Counted from the stretch's first letter, positions 24,455-42,862 are shown. The stretch: 64,000 nucleotides of DNA from Octopus vulgaris (GCA_951406725.2 OX597817.1:105152001-105216000), one strand, 5' to 3'. Made by a program: numbers and translations. The notes: generated by a model not told the origin, from the sequence alone.

Positions 24455-24750
24455 GACCATGGGGAACATTTGGAAAGTAGAATGTCTTCAAGCGCTCACA
24501 GCCAATCGGACACTGCAATAGGTGGAACGTTCACTTTAGCTTTTTATAGAGGATTAATGGAGGAAAAGTGCGACGACGTTCTTGGGGAGACCTTAGACGT
24601 CGAACAAGATCAACTGACCGCTCTTTTCCGGACAACTTTCGGCCCAGGACCAAGGGATAATTTCAAAAAATCTCTGGCCTGGCAGTGCTGCCGGGAAGCT
24701 TTGCCTGTTCGAGATAAATTTTAAAGGCACAGAAGTGCCATCAGCCGAGC
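24455..24750 (+). mobile_element. Tx1/L1-like LINE fragment (zf-RVT region)
   Basis: FYRGLMEEKCDDVLGE...DNFKKSLAWQCCREALPVRDKF. Confidence 0.75.
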
Positions 24751-24836
24751 AGGAAAGTATTATTTGTCTGATTTCCTTGTGACTTGACAGGTGACTAAAG
24801 ACTCCGGTGCATTTTTACCTACACTGTGTTACAAAA

Positions 24837-24952
<116 letters not shown>

Positions 24953-24964
24953 TTGTTGTTGATA

Positions 24965-27900
24965 TTATTATTGAGCAATCTTATTTGTATTGTGTGCCTT
25001 CATTGTACTGAAGAACACAGTTCTGTGTGCCTTGGGCATGTGCAGTGTTTTGACGCTGTTTTGTATCATCTACTGCATTCACAGTATTCTATGTAATACA
25101 TATAGAGTACTTAGCTGAGCTATTTTCTGTGTGCTAACCATATTCATCTGTATTTTTAAAATAAATTCCAAAAGCACCCTATTATTATAGAGATGGTTCG
25201 TGTTTTCAATTTCTATAATCTGCTTATCGTTATTTCTAAATCGTTATATTTGGATAATTCCTATATATTTTCTTTAGAAATACGTTATCGACTGTTGGGA
25301 CTGATATTTCGACTAAGAGACATTTCTGTTCCTGGAAGTCTGCGACAGCAATTAATCTTAATCTCCCTCTGTATGTAGATTGGCATACGACAGAATATGA
25401 TCGCTTTGTTATTTCCTGAAGCCTTCTCAGATGTATGTTTATACCACTGTTTTTCTGTTGCTACTTCATAATGCTGGCATACTTTCTTGTGTATATATGC
25501 CCGAACTCTGTCATGCCTGAAAATGTATTTCTTTCATGGCTAACAATGGGTAAACTTAGATAATGTGGTTAATTGTGCCTTCTCAAACCCCAAATATTTT
25601 ACTGTTATTTCTTTTATTTTGCTTCATTACGTGTTTTTCTATATAGTCGCAAGTCTATATGGTTATAAGTCAGAAGTTTTTCTATACAGTTATAAGTATT
25701 CGCTTTGATCCTGTGCTGCGATCAAGAATCTGACCATCTCAGCTGGGAGTCCAGCACTTCTCAGGCGGAGTTGTGATTTTTGTTTAGTGCTACTTTACCC
25801 AGTTATTTAATTTTGTCTTTCAGGTATTGGTGATAGATTTTTCTTGCCTTTATATTAGTATGGCATTCTATAACCTCGTTTTCAGCTTAGTCTTTAGCTG
25901 TATGTACCAGTCTCTTCTTCAGCCTTTATTTCTTTTATATTTGTTAAATTTCTTGCAGACATAAAACAGGCTTTGTTTTGTTTGTGCTTTGTATTAGTTT
26001 CTCATTCTTTTCTTCTATTTTTGTAGTCCAACATGCGATATTTTATAATAGCTTTTCAGTTGCACAAGGTTCCTACTCCCAAATATTCGTGGTAACTATA
26101 ATACTTCTATATCAGCTCTGTGATGGGAGGCGTATTTTAAATGCAGTCATTAGCTTCCTTATTTTCTGTCTAATCTTGTTAACTTCGTTTAACACCTAGT
26201 TGAGAACACTAAACTAATAGTTTATTACAGCTATAGTTAAAGTATTAAATATATTATCTTATTTTATGCATTTAGCTCCTTTAAGTATTAACATTACTTT
26301 ATAACCTTTTCTTTCCTTTATGTGAGTTATACTGTCATATTTTGCGACTGCCAACCATTCAGCAAGCAAAGATTGCAATGTTGCGGACACGAGATGAAGA
26401 AAAATGAGAATGGAAATATCTAAGAACACCTGATGTGAGACATTAAAATGTAAGCTGACAGGAGTGAAGAAAAATATGGAAGATCGACTACGCTGGAGGA
26501 AGCTTGCTAACTTATGCACTGGAAGCCCTGAGTCTAAATCTAAGTAACTCTTTATAAGTCTGTAATTAGTGTTATTAAAATTCTAAATTTTCTAATCTGA
26601 TTATTAAATCAATTCCCTTAGTATATTTATGCACTGTTAGCAGCACTGTTTTTAGTTCTTTATCATCCTCAACATAAAACTTTAAGTCATCCATATAAAA
26701 AAGACAATCGATTCTCTTTCCATAGTATTTGTATCCAAGTTTAGTCCTGTTTAGTTTATTGGCTAAAGATGTTAGTGCCAGCAAAAAAGACGTAGAAAGA
26801 AAGATTTCCTTTGGAATATTCATCTTCTAATAGAGGTTTAACCTCTATTTATATAATTTTCTCTTTTGTTTCTATCTACAGAATTGTTAGTATTTACTCA
26901 AGGCGAGTTTAATGATATCACTTTACTCATAGCTATACTGTCCAAAGCCTTTTGGTTGTCAATCCATGGGAAACTTTCTATCTCTCTCTACAGCCCCTGG
27001 TTAAGGCTTTGTTGATCAGCAATTTATCTATGACCACTTACACTAACCCTTCTGATCTTATGAGAAAAAGGTTGTTTCTTTCAGATGTTTATTCTCGGTG
27101 ATATTACTGTAGATAGTTGATAGGTAGGTTATAGATCTTTAGTTTCTAGAGTACATTGAGTCTTTAGTCTTGAGGATTAATATGGGTTATACTCTCACAA
27201 AACCAGTTACGCTTGATCTCCGGCTTCGTCAGAGATTAAAAATCTATGCTCGTACATTATATGCGCCTGTTAAATATTTTAAAAATGAATTCTGGATATT
27301 ACTCGTGCTCTGATACTTACCTTTTTTCTTTTAACGGTGTCTGTATTACTTTTTGTGTTATGGTTTCCTACGATTGTACAGATGTGTTTATTGTTTTGAT
27401 CAATCTCGTCTGCGCTGGTTCGTTCGCTGCCTACTATACTAACTAGAATTTTTTTCCTGTAGTAGCTGATGCAGCATTTATTACTATCGTATTTTATGTT
27501 GCCTACCAACGTATTTCTCGCGATTTAGCGACGATCTCTTCTTCCAGACGTTATTTGTCATAGGGCACTCCTGCTTTTGTAGTATTTATCTCTCCAATTT
27601 GTGCTTTTCAGTTATGTAATTTCTCTTGTTATCTATCTTTTAATGTATCTTTGTTTTCGATGTTGCTTGATTGGGTTTTGATATGCCTACATGAGTAGAC
27701 CTGAGAGATACTCACTTCCTCCATAACTACAGTGGCTGCAACATATATTACGTCTAATCTAGTGTAATGGCTGAAGCACTAAATTCGTTATCATTCATTC
27801 AGTGGTGGCCAGGTTTGCGTTTTTCTATCGTTGTTGTTATTTTATCAACGAGTTTTATCTTCAGAAATTATTTTCTGTCCATAAAGAGATCGATTATTTT

Positions 27901-27990
27901 ATATTTTTTTTTACTATTCCGACCTTTAGGACGAGACTTAGATACAAATGTTCATGATTTATTCTTTCTGATTTCCTATCTTTGAATCTT
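24965..27990 (-). mobile_element. Long decayed R4/Dong-like LINE
   Basis: IDCLFYMDDLKFY, LIAAQDQS, RHDRVR and WIDNQKALDS remnants; 3' UTR similar to 23100-23200. Confidence 0.85.
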
Positions 27991-28714
27991 CCTCATAACA
28001 CCACCACCACCACCACCACCACCACCACCACCAACAACAACAACAAATAGCACCCTCAACGAATTAACCATTTGGAAAGGAAGAATAATCAAAAGAAACA
28101 GGGCCTACAGAGACGAAACAAATGATTAATTAGCCAATGACAATACAGTGATAATGATAAAAGGAAAGTGACATCACTCCAACACAGCGATATACAGAGA
28201 ATAATCAATGATGTGTGAAAAACGAATCCCTTTGCATACAAAATCAATCTGAAATACCGAAAAATTGCGTTCCTGAAAGATCGCAGTGGTATAAAACTCG
28301 AAAAACAATAACAATAATAACAACAATTTTGTGAAGGAAACTAGCACAGCGGGTAATGACACTGAATTTCATTCTTCGAGGAAATACGCATCTATACTTC
28401 TAAGATTTCAAATAACATTTGAAGAAAAAGAAAAGAGAAAAAAAAAAAGAGAAATCGGAAATTGTTTTCTCCAGAAAAGTAAGAGTTAATGTTATGGGAC
28501 TAATCTCTCTTAAATTGGAACTTTCAGAGGTTTTTATATGTCTCATGATAAATTATCACAAATGGGTAAAAGTGCTTATATTTCGAAGTCAAAATCATAT
28601 ATTTTACTATGCATGCCCCTTGGCTTGAAAAGTTGTATCAGACGTTTAGTAAGAAAATGTATTTGAAGCAGCGCCGAAATACCACACACATACATGTGTG
28701 TGCATGTTCGTCTG

Positions 28715-28732
28715 TATATATATATGTATGTA

Positions 28733-28827
<95 letters not shown>

Positions 28828-28871
28828 GTACGTATGTACGTATATATATATATATGTAGGTATGTATGTAC

Positions 28872-28905
<34 letters not shown>

Positions 28906-29533
28906 TTATATATATGTATATATATATATGTATTATATTTATGAATATATGTATATAAAAACGTAAGTGCATAATACATACATACGCACATACTTACACG
29001 CACACACACACGCACACACGCACACACGCACGCACGCACACACGCACGCACGCACACACGCACACATATATATATATGTATGTATATGCATATATACATA
29101 TGCACATATTCATATGCAAATATATAAATGCACGCACACTCATGTAAACACACGCCCACACATTCACATACACAGATACACACTCGTAGTAGCTACCCTA
29201 AATGATATTGAAAGTCTCTAAAGGAAGTACTATTTCAGCTGATACCGGAAATCCGGAAATGGGGAATGATCTAGAAAAGCTTTGAACCAGTTGTGTGTAT
29301 GTGTATGAGAGAGAGAGAGAGTGTGTGTGTGAGAGAGAGTGTGTGTGAGAGAGAGAGTGTGTATGTATGTATGTATGTATGTATGTATGTATGTATGTAT
29401 GTATGTATGTATGCATGTATGTATGTATATATGTATGTATGTATGCGTGTATGCACGTACGTACGTTTGTATGCATATATATACACACATACACACACAT
29501 ATATGCATATAGACACACACACATATATATATG

Positions 29534-29597
<64 letters not shown>

Positions 29598-29600
29598 ATA
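28715..29600. repeat. Microsatellite field (TA)n,(CA)n,(GA)n,(TATG)n
   Basis: Directly visible. Confidence 0.95.
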
Positions 29601-29606
29601 TTCATA

Positions 29607-30929
29607 TATTAGGTCGTCCGGGAAGTTGTAAGCGTTTTCGACAGTTGTGCCTTTAAACGTTTCATATAACAGCCGTAAAATTGTTACGACCGATATGTTA
29701 GCATCACTTGATGCAAGGTAACTTTACGGTTACGTTCTCATTAAAAAAAAATCCGTGTATCTTCTACTTTTGTCAGCCCTAAGGTCAACACTGAAAATTT
29801 GTATTTTCGGCACTTAATGCTGTTCTCCTTTTAAAAAATGGGCGAAAACACTGCAGAAACGTGAAAAACTATTTGTTAAATATATGTTAAATATATGTTA
29901 AATATTTGTTAAATATATGTTAAATATATGTCGTTGTTAAATATAAGTCGTTGTAGGTGAATTAATCGTCCATAAATGTTTTGAAAAACTGAGATGGTCT
30001 ATGTGAGTTTAGAAGATGCAAGTCGCCCCTCCTTCACTAAAAGAAAAACAAACAAACAAGCAAAAACACTATAGTGTTGGACGACGGTCTTTTGAAGATC
30101 AGCCCCTCTCCCCCGCCAAAAAAAAAAAAAAAAAACGCACGACTAGGGAGCTTCCAGCTAAGTTGGAAGTTCTTCAAAATACTGTTCATGAGCTCTTAAA
30201 GAAACTGGAGTACATTTTCCTCTCGGATGCCTGGGTCCCTCACAACTTGTCAGAGAAAAATTGTTTGGACCGCATTCTATTGGTGATCTAAAACACAATG
30301 TAACCGAACCTTTTAAAAGCGATTGGTGACTGGAGATAACAATTGTATCATTTACGATAACATATTGCGGAAACGGTCTTAAAGATTTTCTGTGAGATTC
30401 CACTAAAACAGCTAGTCATGCAAAAAGAGTTATGCTTTGTTTCTGGTGGGATTTCAAAGGCATTATTTATTACGGGCTACACACTCAGATCATCAATTCT
30501 GTTGTATACTCGCGCTAGCTGGAGAAACTGAATAAAATAATTCACAAGATGAGGCTAGAACTAGCCAGCAGGAAAGGGGTTGTTTCACAAAAAGACAATG
30601 TCAGAACTCAAGTGTTTACGCATGAGCTTGGGTGCTTCTCGACATTGTATCATGTGACTCATTTATTTTAGTCTCTGCAAAATTCCTTAGAACAGGAAAT
30701 CATTTAATGATTTAGATGCAGTCAAAAACCCCTCTGGATAATTTCTTTTGTCCCAGACTGCCCAGTTCTACGCAGATGAAATTTTGAAGCTGCCTAATAG
30801 ATGAACTAAAGTCATAAACAAAAAATGAAGGTACATTGATGAATAAAAAATACTGTAATGCAAATAAATTCGTAATATATTTCCCCATCCTTCAAAGAAG
30901 ACACCTAGAACTTTCCAGATTACCCAATA
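29607..30929 (+). mobile_element. Old full-length mariner (mellifera/cecropia-like) with TIRs
   Basis: Ends tattaggtcgtccgggaagtt and aactttccagattacccaata; DAWVPHNLSEKN, RLVTGD and KRVMLCFWWDFKGII; 11-bp tandem repeat at ~29870-29930. Confidence 0.88.
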
Positions 30930-30954
30930 TTTATAAAATATTATATACATATAT

Positions 30955-31268
30955 GGTGGAGGCGCAATGGCCTAGTGGTTAGGGCAGCGGACTCGCGGTT
31001 GTAGGATCGCGGTTTCGATTTCCCGACCGGGCGTTGTGAGTGTTTATTGAGCGAAAACACCTAAAGCTCTACGAGGCTCTGGCAGTGGGTGGGGCGATCC
31101 CTGCTGTACTCTTTCGCCACAACTTTCTCTCACTCTTTCTTCTGTTGGCCTGCTCGCTTAGCCAGTGAGGTGGCGTCATTTGAAGGCTAAAACAATGCGA
31201 AGCGCATTGTGACCAGCGATGTGTAGCAACATCTGATAGCCTGGTCGGTCACGGTTATCACGGTGATA
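30955..31268 (+). mobile_element. tRNA(Arg)-derived SINE (octopus OR-type-like)
   Basis: A box tggcctagtgg, TCG anticodon-like loop and B box gtttcgatttcc, followed by a ~230-bp unrelated body. Confidence 0.88.
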
Positions 31269-31280
31269 TACATATATACA

Positions 31281-32006
31281 TACACAATGTGCATTCCAAA
31301 ATTTTCAGACTTTTTCAGGAAAGACATTAATTTCAAAGAACAAAAACTCTTATCTCCTTTGAAGTAGAATCCTCCGACATGTAGCTCTCCAGCCATGTAG
31401 TCAAGGCTCCATGGAAGTTCTCCACGGTGAAGGTGTCCAGGACTCTTGTCCTTTATCTTCAAAACAACTGCCTCTGAAGTTCTTCAGCTTGAGGAACAAC
31501 CAAAAAACAGTTTTAATGCCCACCTCTGTCAAGTAGTTCGTTACCAGAATGCTCGTCACTGAGCCCCTTGAGAAAGTAACTTTGCACAACTTTTGCACAT
31601 GTTCAGATCTTCGTAAATAATTCAGTGTATAGTTGTCACATTAACTCCAAACTGAATGATTTTATGTCGTGTGTTTAGAAAAAAACACGACGGTCTTTAT
31701 CAATAAAATTGCGAATTTTCACAACCAGCTCTGATGTTCTGGTATCTCTCTTCAACACAAAACTTTATTGCATAGCAAGCTTCCAAATGTCCCAACTGCA
31801 TTCTGCAAACTAGACATCTGTGACAATCAGTGTTTAGTAAGGTGTGTTCAAAATACTGTTACAGCTTCCTTCAATTTGGAATAATAAAGTTGGCAGGTCA
31901 GCTTATTAGATGCGTAGCAATGATACACTAAAATTACAATAATTTAGGACAGTTTTAGGACTTCCTCTCCTAAAAAAGTCTCAAAATATTTTGAATGCAT
32001 CTCGTA
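31281..32006 (-). mobile_element. Internally deleted mariner with TIRs
   Basis: Ends tgcattccaaaattttcagactttttcagga and tcctaaaaaagtctcaaaatattttgaatgcatctcgta; KIRNFIDKDRR and GGFYFKGDKS. Confidence 0.8.
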
Positions 32007-32147
32007 ATATACAATATGTAATACATACATACATACATAATCTACACATACGTACGTATGTGCATATGTATGTATGTACGTATATATATATATATATGTG
32101 TGTGTGTGTATGTGTGTGTACAGCACGTTTTAACAATTCTTGATAAC

Positions 32148-32293
32148 ACCTACCTACCTACCTACCTACCTACCTACCTACCTACCTACCTACCTACCTA
32201 CCTACCTACCTACCTACCTACCTACCTACCTACATACATACATACATACATACATACATACATACATACATACATACATACATACATACATAC
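32148..32293. repeat. (CCTA)n(CATA)n microsatellite
   Basis: Directly visible. Confidence 0.98.
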
Positions 32294-32549
32294 TTAAATG
32301 GAGAAGAAACTGTGACATTCGGGATTGAACTTTCAGTGGAGAGATATATAACGTAAAAATTCAACTCTTCATTTCTCAGCTGAAATCTATTTTTTCTTCT
32401 CATCCTGATGGAGGGTTAGTCCAAAAACGGCACGCAAGCTTAAGACTTTTGCAATGTATTTGTGTTAACTAGCACCTGTATCAGGAGCAATGGCAGACGT
32501 TCCACATATCATGTTCTCTCTTCAGTGTCCTAAGCTCATTTGTAATGAG

Positions 32550-32817
32550 TAAAAATCCCCTTCGGTCATGGATGACCACGGGATTGCACCTAGAAAGTTC
32601 CCCTCCGGGGTACAAGTCCAGGCAAGGTTGTTTATAGAAGACCAGCAGTCGCCCATGCATACACGCCACCGCTGTTATCCAAGGAAAGAGCAAAAGCCGA
32701 TACAGTTTGGCATCAGTGGCGTCGCAACACATTTCTACAGATGAGTGAACAGGAGCAATGTGAAATAAAGTGTCTTGCTCAAGAGCACAACACACAACCC
32801 GGTCCAGGAATCGAACT
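32550..32817 (-). mobile_element. 5'-truncated tRNA-derived SINE
   Basis: Minus strand: B box gttcgattcc, then cttgagcaagacactttatttcacattgctcc. Confidence 0.8.
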
Positions 32818-33429
32818 GTAATAACAGAACTATTGACCTTCATCAGAACCTTAACTATGTTTGTAAGAGTTCCTATAGTTCATTCGCCCATTGTTCAGTT
32901 CTTAGATGATAACATGGCAGTTTGGTGACTGTGCATGTCGCAGGCAGTGCTTGGAAAACTGCAACTTCCTTTCTTGGTTAACTGGAGAAGGACATTCATC
33001 GTTTTCTGAATCCAAATGACGGCGAAACCATCCGCAGCATCAAAATCTAACATCATCGAGAAATTTGACTATAGAGCAAGTAAAGATGGCACATTCGGAA
33101 AAAAAATATATATATACTCCTGCTGCAATGAAAATTTACTTTCTGAGTTTTGTGTTGAAGTTGGAGATCAAGATACTCTTTACATTGAGGATTAAGACAA
33201 TATTAAGAAAAACTGAACATATGGAATAAGTAAACATACATACATACATACATACATACATACATACATACATACATACATACATACATACATACATACA
33301 CACATACATACATACAAACATACATACATACATGTATACGCACGCACATATACATATGAAAATAACGACCAATAAAAATGAACACGTTGAGAGCGATGGA
33401 TGAAACGAATATTGGTGGAAACTACACAT

Positions 33430-33790
33430 AAAAAGAGCAACCAAATTAAAAGTTAAACTGAACTGATATTGTTATCCGACACTCGCAAAATGTAAACATG
33501 CCTTGCTATTGAAGTCATCTGTCTACTTGATATAAATTTTTGTTCAGAAAAATACAGGGAAAAGAAGATATCTACTGAACGTTCTTCTTCATATCCCGTT
33601 ATCAGTAAGACAAAAGGATGGATATCTACCAATCTGCACGAATCAAACAAAGTATGGTTGGACTTATACACTTAATAAAATGAAGTTACTCTACGATTTA
33701 GACTCAACTGTTGATTACGATATCTTGAACAATAAAAATCTACAAGACATTCTTAAAATCTTAAAAGATGAATGGTTGTCCAAAGGATGA
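33430..33790 (+). mobile_element. Possible decayed REL-endonuclease LINE fragment
   Basis: TDIVI...CLAIEVICLLDIN...REK resembles the domain at 55440-55580. Confidence 0.4.
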
Positions 33791-34300
33791 CGAAAAGAGC
33801 AAGACCGAGGTTTTTTTTTTAACGTAATCTTTAGTTTCCATTCAGGAAGAGAAAATGTTCAATGACAAATATAATTATAAAAATAAAAATGAAAATAAAT
33901 AAATCGCAGTAAAAACAAACTATATACAGCTATAAACTGTAAGCTATTTTAATCTACGAATTTATTTTTAAAATGGCAAATAAAAATTACGTACATTCCT
34001 GAGCCTACGAAATATGAATATTTATCGTTTTCTCGTTATGCAAATCATCTTATAAATCTGAAATGATTGTCAGATGGAAGCTTTAATCTGATTTATTTGA
34101 CGCACTCGTTTTCATACTCCACTCTCATTTACTGGGTTTTAAGGGTATAAAAATATAATAGAAAAGTATACAGATGACTATTCTTATTGTTGACAACGTT
34201 TCCCTTTCTTACTCGCCTTCTGTACGAACGCCTAATCTATTAAATATTATATCTGGTATACCCAACATTTTAAACGAATATATCTTTCCCAACATATTGT

Positions 34301-34337
<37 letters not shown>

Positions 34338-34687
34338 TATCGTGTTTGGTCTATGTAGGTCAAATCTGTTGCGTTCATGTTTGTTTGTATTCTAAATGAC
34401 ATTTTATAGAATAGAGCTCGCGTAGAGTTTATTTGTTCCGAGTGCTTTCTCTTCCTTAATGTTATCTTAACATGTTTGCCTTGAGTGTATGTAGTAGAGA
34501 AAATATATTCAGAATACTGATTAAAAAAAAAAAGAAATCGCAGTCAAAGAATATTATATGGTATTAACTCCCACGTCCAACAGATAAATAATATTTAGAC
34601 TTCCCACATTGAAAATGTATATTATAACATTTAGAATGCATTGGTTTCTATTCTTTACCATATGTTTCTATGCAAGTATTCGAGTGC

Positions 34688-38230
<3,543 letters not shown>

Positions 38231-38573
38231 TATTTCTGGTCCTTTATTTTGCTGTTTAGCACCAGATTAGTCTTGATCACGGTGTTTGATCAGGAATGCA
38301 GCACCCACGACCATCTCACCTTTTTCTTCTTTCTTTTTCTCTCTCTCTTTTTTTTTTTGCACTCATATTGTCTTCAGATCTACTCTGTATGCATGAGTTA
38401 AGGAAGAGTTGACTTCTATTTCTAGATTTAACTGCGACATATAGATGTCCACTCGTCGACACCGCCTTCCGTTAATAAAAACAAAAGCAAGCATATGATT
38501 GTAGGCCTACACGCCATACATAAGTGTGAGTATGTTTGTGTGTGTCTGTGTGTGTACACAAGTGTGTGTGTGT

Positions 38574-38615
<42 letters not shown>

Positions 38616-38786
38616 GGATAGTGTGGTTCCGAACAAGGGAAACACCCTTGTCAGCTCGGGGACACTCTGCACGGAGGGCAGAGGGAGGATGCGACCGGTT
38701 AAAAATAGCAGGTAATTTTTTTTTCACTTTAAATCGTACACATAAATAAAGGAAGGAACACATTGGGTGTTGTTTTCCGTTTACCA

Positions 38787-38949
38787 GTTCTTAATTAAAG
38801 GATCGAATAGAGACAGCTGGTGTTGGTATTGGTGGGGGGATCTTAGACCATAGGTGTGCTTGATCAACGCTGAACTGGAGGGGAGGGACAAGAGCCACCG
38901 CCACCACTATCGCTTTGGTCCTAATCAAATAAGTATAGTCAAATGAAGT

Positions 38950-39019
<70 letters not shown>

Positions 39020-39022
39020 GAC

Positions 39023-39062
<40 letters not shown>

Positions 39063-39108
39063 CGTCCGTCCGTCCGTCCGTCCGTCCGTCCGTCTGTCTC
39101 TCTGTCTG

Positions 39109-39169
<61 letters not shown>

Positions 39170-39390
39170 AGGTAGGTAGATAGATAATTAGAAAGATAAT
39201 TAGATAGATAGATAAACTTCATTATACTATACTTATTCGATTAGACATGAAAGCGATAGTGACGGGGATGGTTTGTAGCTCTTCTCCTCCCCTTCACCCC
39301 GCCAGTCCAGCGTTAATCAAGCACACCTATGGCCGAAGATGTCACCTATTCACCAACTAACTGTGCCTTTTCGATCCTTTAATGAAGAAC
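38787..39390. repeat. Inverted repeat (~180-bp arms) around a (TCTA)(TCTG)(TCCG)(TCTG)(TCTA) microsatellite
   Basis: gttcttaattaaaggatcgaa..ccataggtgtgcttgat..aagtatagtcaaatgaagtttatctatc matches the reverse complement of 39205-39390. Confidence 0.88.
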
Positions 39391-39399
39391 CTCGGAACC

Positions 39400-39543
39400 T
39401 GACTGGTACTTATTCTATTGACCCCGAAACAATGACAGGTAAAGTTGGCCTCGGCGGCATTTGAACTCAGAACGTAAAAGCCGAAAGAAGTGCCACTAAA
39501 CATTTTGTCCGATGCGCTAACGATTCTGCCAGTTCACTGTCTT
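39400..39543 (-). mobile_element. SINE (family of 42863), partial
   Basis: ctcggcggcatttgaactcagaacgtaa...gctaacgattctgccag. Confidence 0.88.
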
Positions 39544-40230
39544 AGATGATGATGATGATGATGATACCATACGTACACGCACGTACACCCCCGCCCCCCA
39601 CAGAGGCTGCTTTATTTCACATGGTTGGGTGTAATTTGGGTGAGAGATTTGGCTGGTATTTTTAGCAGGTCTATCGGCCAAGTTTTGCTCTCTATATATA
39701 CATGTTTATACATACATACATACATACATGCATACATACATACATACATACATACATACATACATACATACATACATACATACATTTATATATACATAGA
39801 CACACATATGTGTGAGCGTATGTATTTATAAATGTGTGTGTGTGTGTTTGGTATATTTATGAGTGTATTTATGCAAATGTATCGATTATAGCGATATTGC
39901 TGTATGTATGATCGCTCTGTCGGCGTGTTTCTAGTGAACATACACTGTTACCGTTAATAATAATACCGTTAATGATAATAAAAAAAAAAAGCTTGCACGC
40001 TATGTTTGTAGTTTATAGTGATTTAAACGTGATCGCATCGATCTCACTTGTCTGGTAGGACCTATGAAGGTCACGGGCATTGCCCCACTCCATCCGCTTT
40101 CCCCCCGCTATCAGCTCTAACTTCAGCTAGGATAATACAAATTTCTACATATTTACTCTCTTTCTGTCTCTCTCTCTCTCTCTCTCGCACACACACACAC
40201 ACACATACAGGCACACACACACACATACAG

Positions 40231-40264
<34 letters not shown>

Positions 40265-40317
40265 ACATACGCAGAACATCTAACATCGCGCACACACATA
40301 CGTCACGCGCACGCACG

Positions 40318-40418
<101 letters not shown>

Positions 40419-40639
40419 GCACGCACGCGTATACACAAAGGAAGACATACAGGAGATGCAGTTAAGACAGCTCTTTGCAGTCGCTCTGTGTCTCTCAGAA
40501 ATAGTTGTCAAATCTCCTTCAAGTTGCAACCTTTCCCGTCTTAGGTGTCTATTCGATCGCAGTCGACCTGGGGCTAAACGATAATATCACGCACTCGCTC
40601 GCATGAACACATACTCAAGCACAAAAAACACATTTGTAT

Positions 40640-40705
<66 letters not shown>

Positions 40706-41758
40706 ATACACACACACATACACATACACACACACACAGCACATGCAACGCACACACGTAGTAATAATCCCTGCTTTATTTTTATTATACGTTAGCGAGA
40801 AGTGACCTAACTTGATATAAATCTAAGAACGTCGAAAAATACGGATGTCAAGAATGCAATAAAAAAACTATTTTAAAATATCATCCTGTTATAGTAACAG
40901 AGTTACATACGATTATAAAATATAAGCAAAGGCACAAAGTATTGCTGGCCAAACGAGGAAATATAAAATAGAAGGAAAACGAAAAGAACTTTCCTAGATA
41001 GATACAAAGGAGGTAGAGAATGTAAACCAGTCTAAGAAGAGGGAAGAATAGAAACCAGACTTATATTTTTCTTATTTTGTATTTAATGTTATTGTTACTA
41101 TTCTTCTGTATTTACGTCCTATTTGTTCGAAATATATTTACATATATTCCCAGTAAATAATAATGCATTTTCATAAATTAATCTGGTGTCTTTAGTTCCC
41201 GCCCACCACAAAGAAAACCATACAAAATAAATTATGAATATTAACGAAGCGAGTTCCTGTTTTTAAAAAAGCACAAAAATAAAACAAAACAGAACAAAAT
41301 AAAAAGAACTCCTTCGCATTGCATTTCCTTGCGTTTTTACTATTTTACTACATCTGTCGTTCTTTTGTTTTATATTACTCCCCCCTCCCCATCGTTCCAC
41401 CACCGAAATTTAATGAATATTAATGACTAATGATTTGCCCATTAAAAAAAAAACAAAAAAAACATTGTTTATATTTAAGAATAAATAAATAAATAGATAA
41501 ATAAAATAAAATTGCTTTCTAAACAGCAGTTTTCTTTTTTTGCTTTTTCTGTTTTTTTTTTAATGTGTTGAGATTTAATCTCAAATAAGACAAATCTTGT
41601 CGACTTTTCGTTCCTCTGTTAATACGAAGGATTAACATTATATACACACAATACAAATACATACACATACATGCAATACATACATACACACATGCATGCA
41701 TGCATATATATGTGTGTGTGTCAGCGTGTTTGTGTAAACATATGCATGTATATGTACG

Positions 41759-41799
<41 letters not shown>

Positions 41800-42260
41800 G
41801 TATGTATGTATATATGCGTGTTTGTACGCGTGTGTACACGCGCGCGCACACAGAGTGAATGCATAATATAAGCATGTATAGTTTATAGGAGAAAAGAAGC
41901 GAGAAGGATGAAAAAGAGAGATGACAGAAAGGAAGAATGGCATAGTGAGAGAGGGGATAAGGTGAAAGCGAATGTGTGGAGAAAAAGGAAGTGGTGACGG
42001 GGGGGGGCAGAGAGAGCTGAAAGATGAATTGAGAGATATACAGAATGAAACATATTAATCGGTGATACTAAAATGAGATGTGAGCGAGATGAACTCAACT
42101 AGCACGTTTTTGAGAATCCAATCATAGCTAAGGTCTATTTAAAGCACGACTATGAAATATCACTTATTTACTTATTCAATAGTGTTTGAATATTTGTTTT
42201 TGTATGTTGTTTTTTCTGTTTCCTCTTCTTTTTGTATGTTGAAGCTAGACAATCATTTCT

Positions 42261-42410
42261 AACGTTACGTAGATACTTCCTCTCGACTGACGTTATCGCT
42301 TCTAAGCTGCTTACGTCAGAGTTTAGGCAAACGTTCACAAACTGCGAAACTTGACTCTGTTGACAACATGGCCGCATTTATTCAAAATATCATTTTGATT
42401 ACGTCATTTG
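42261..42410. promoter_or_regulatory. Candidate promoter/enhancer: CRE/bZIP motif cluster plus a YY1-like site
   Basis: TTACGTA 42265, TGACGT 42288, TTACGTCA 42311 and 42399, CAACATGGCC 42364, in non-repetitive-looking DNA. Confidence 0.35.
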
Positions 42411-42816
42411 CTCATATATATTTTCTAGGTTATTGTTATTGCCCTCTGATGTCTTTCTTCTATTGTTTTCTTTTTTAGTGTACTGGTGGTAAATAAAGAA
42501 TAATTGTTACTGTTGTTCTTGTTATATATTCTCATCCATCAATTTGTTTTCATTACTATAGGCTGAGGTGTACCGAAGGAAAGAGGGAGGATAACTTACA
42601 ATGCTATTCCCGGTGAACAAGGTACTTCGGGATCTGTGAAGTTCTTTGGTTGTCCTAGTGTGACGTTGTCCTAGGGTGATGTTTTCCTCCTACTGGAGTT
42701 TGTTATGATCTTTTTGCAAATTGCTGCTTTATTGTTCGCATGTTTTTATTCACATTCACAGTGTTCTTTGTCTTGTTCTAAATGTTTTCGTGGCCCTTGT
42801 GGCCAAGAAAGAAAGA

Positions 42817-42862
<46 letters not shown>

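Noticed and set aside
30961-31035. tRNA-Arg(TCG) gene
   Set aside because: Imperfect stems and a continuous SINE body; it is a SINE head.
32400-32435. ctgatggagggttagtccaaaaacgg as a hammerhead
   Set aside because: Both core boxes are mutated and no stem I or III can be demonstrated; possibly a dead PLE end, but unsupported.
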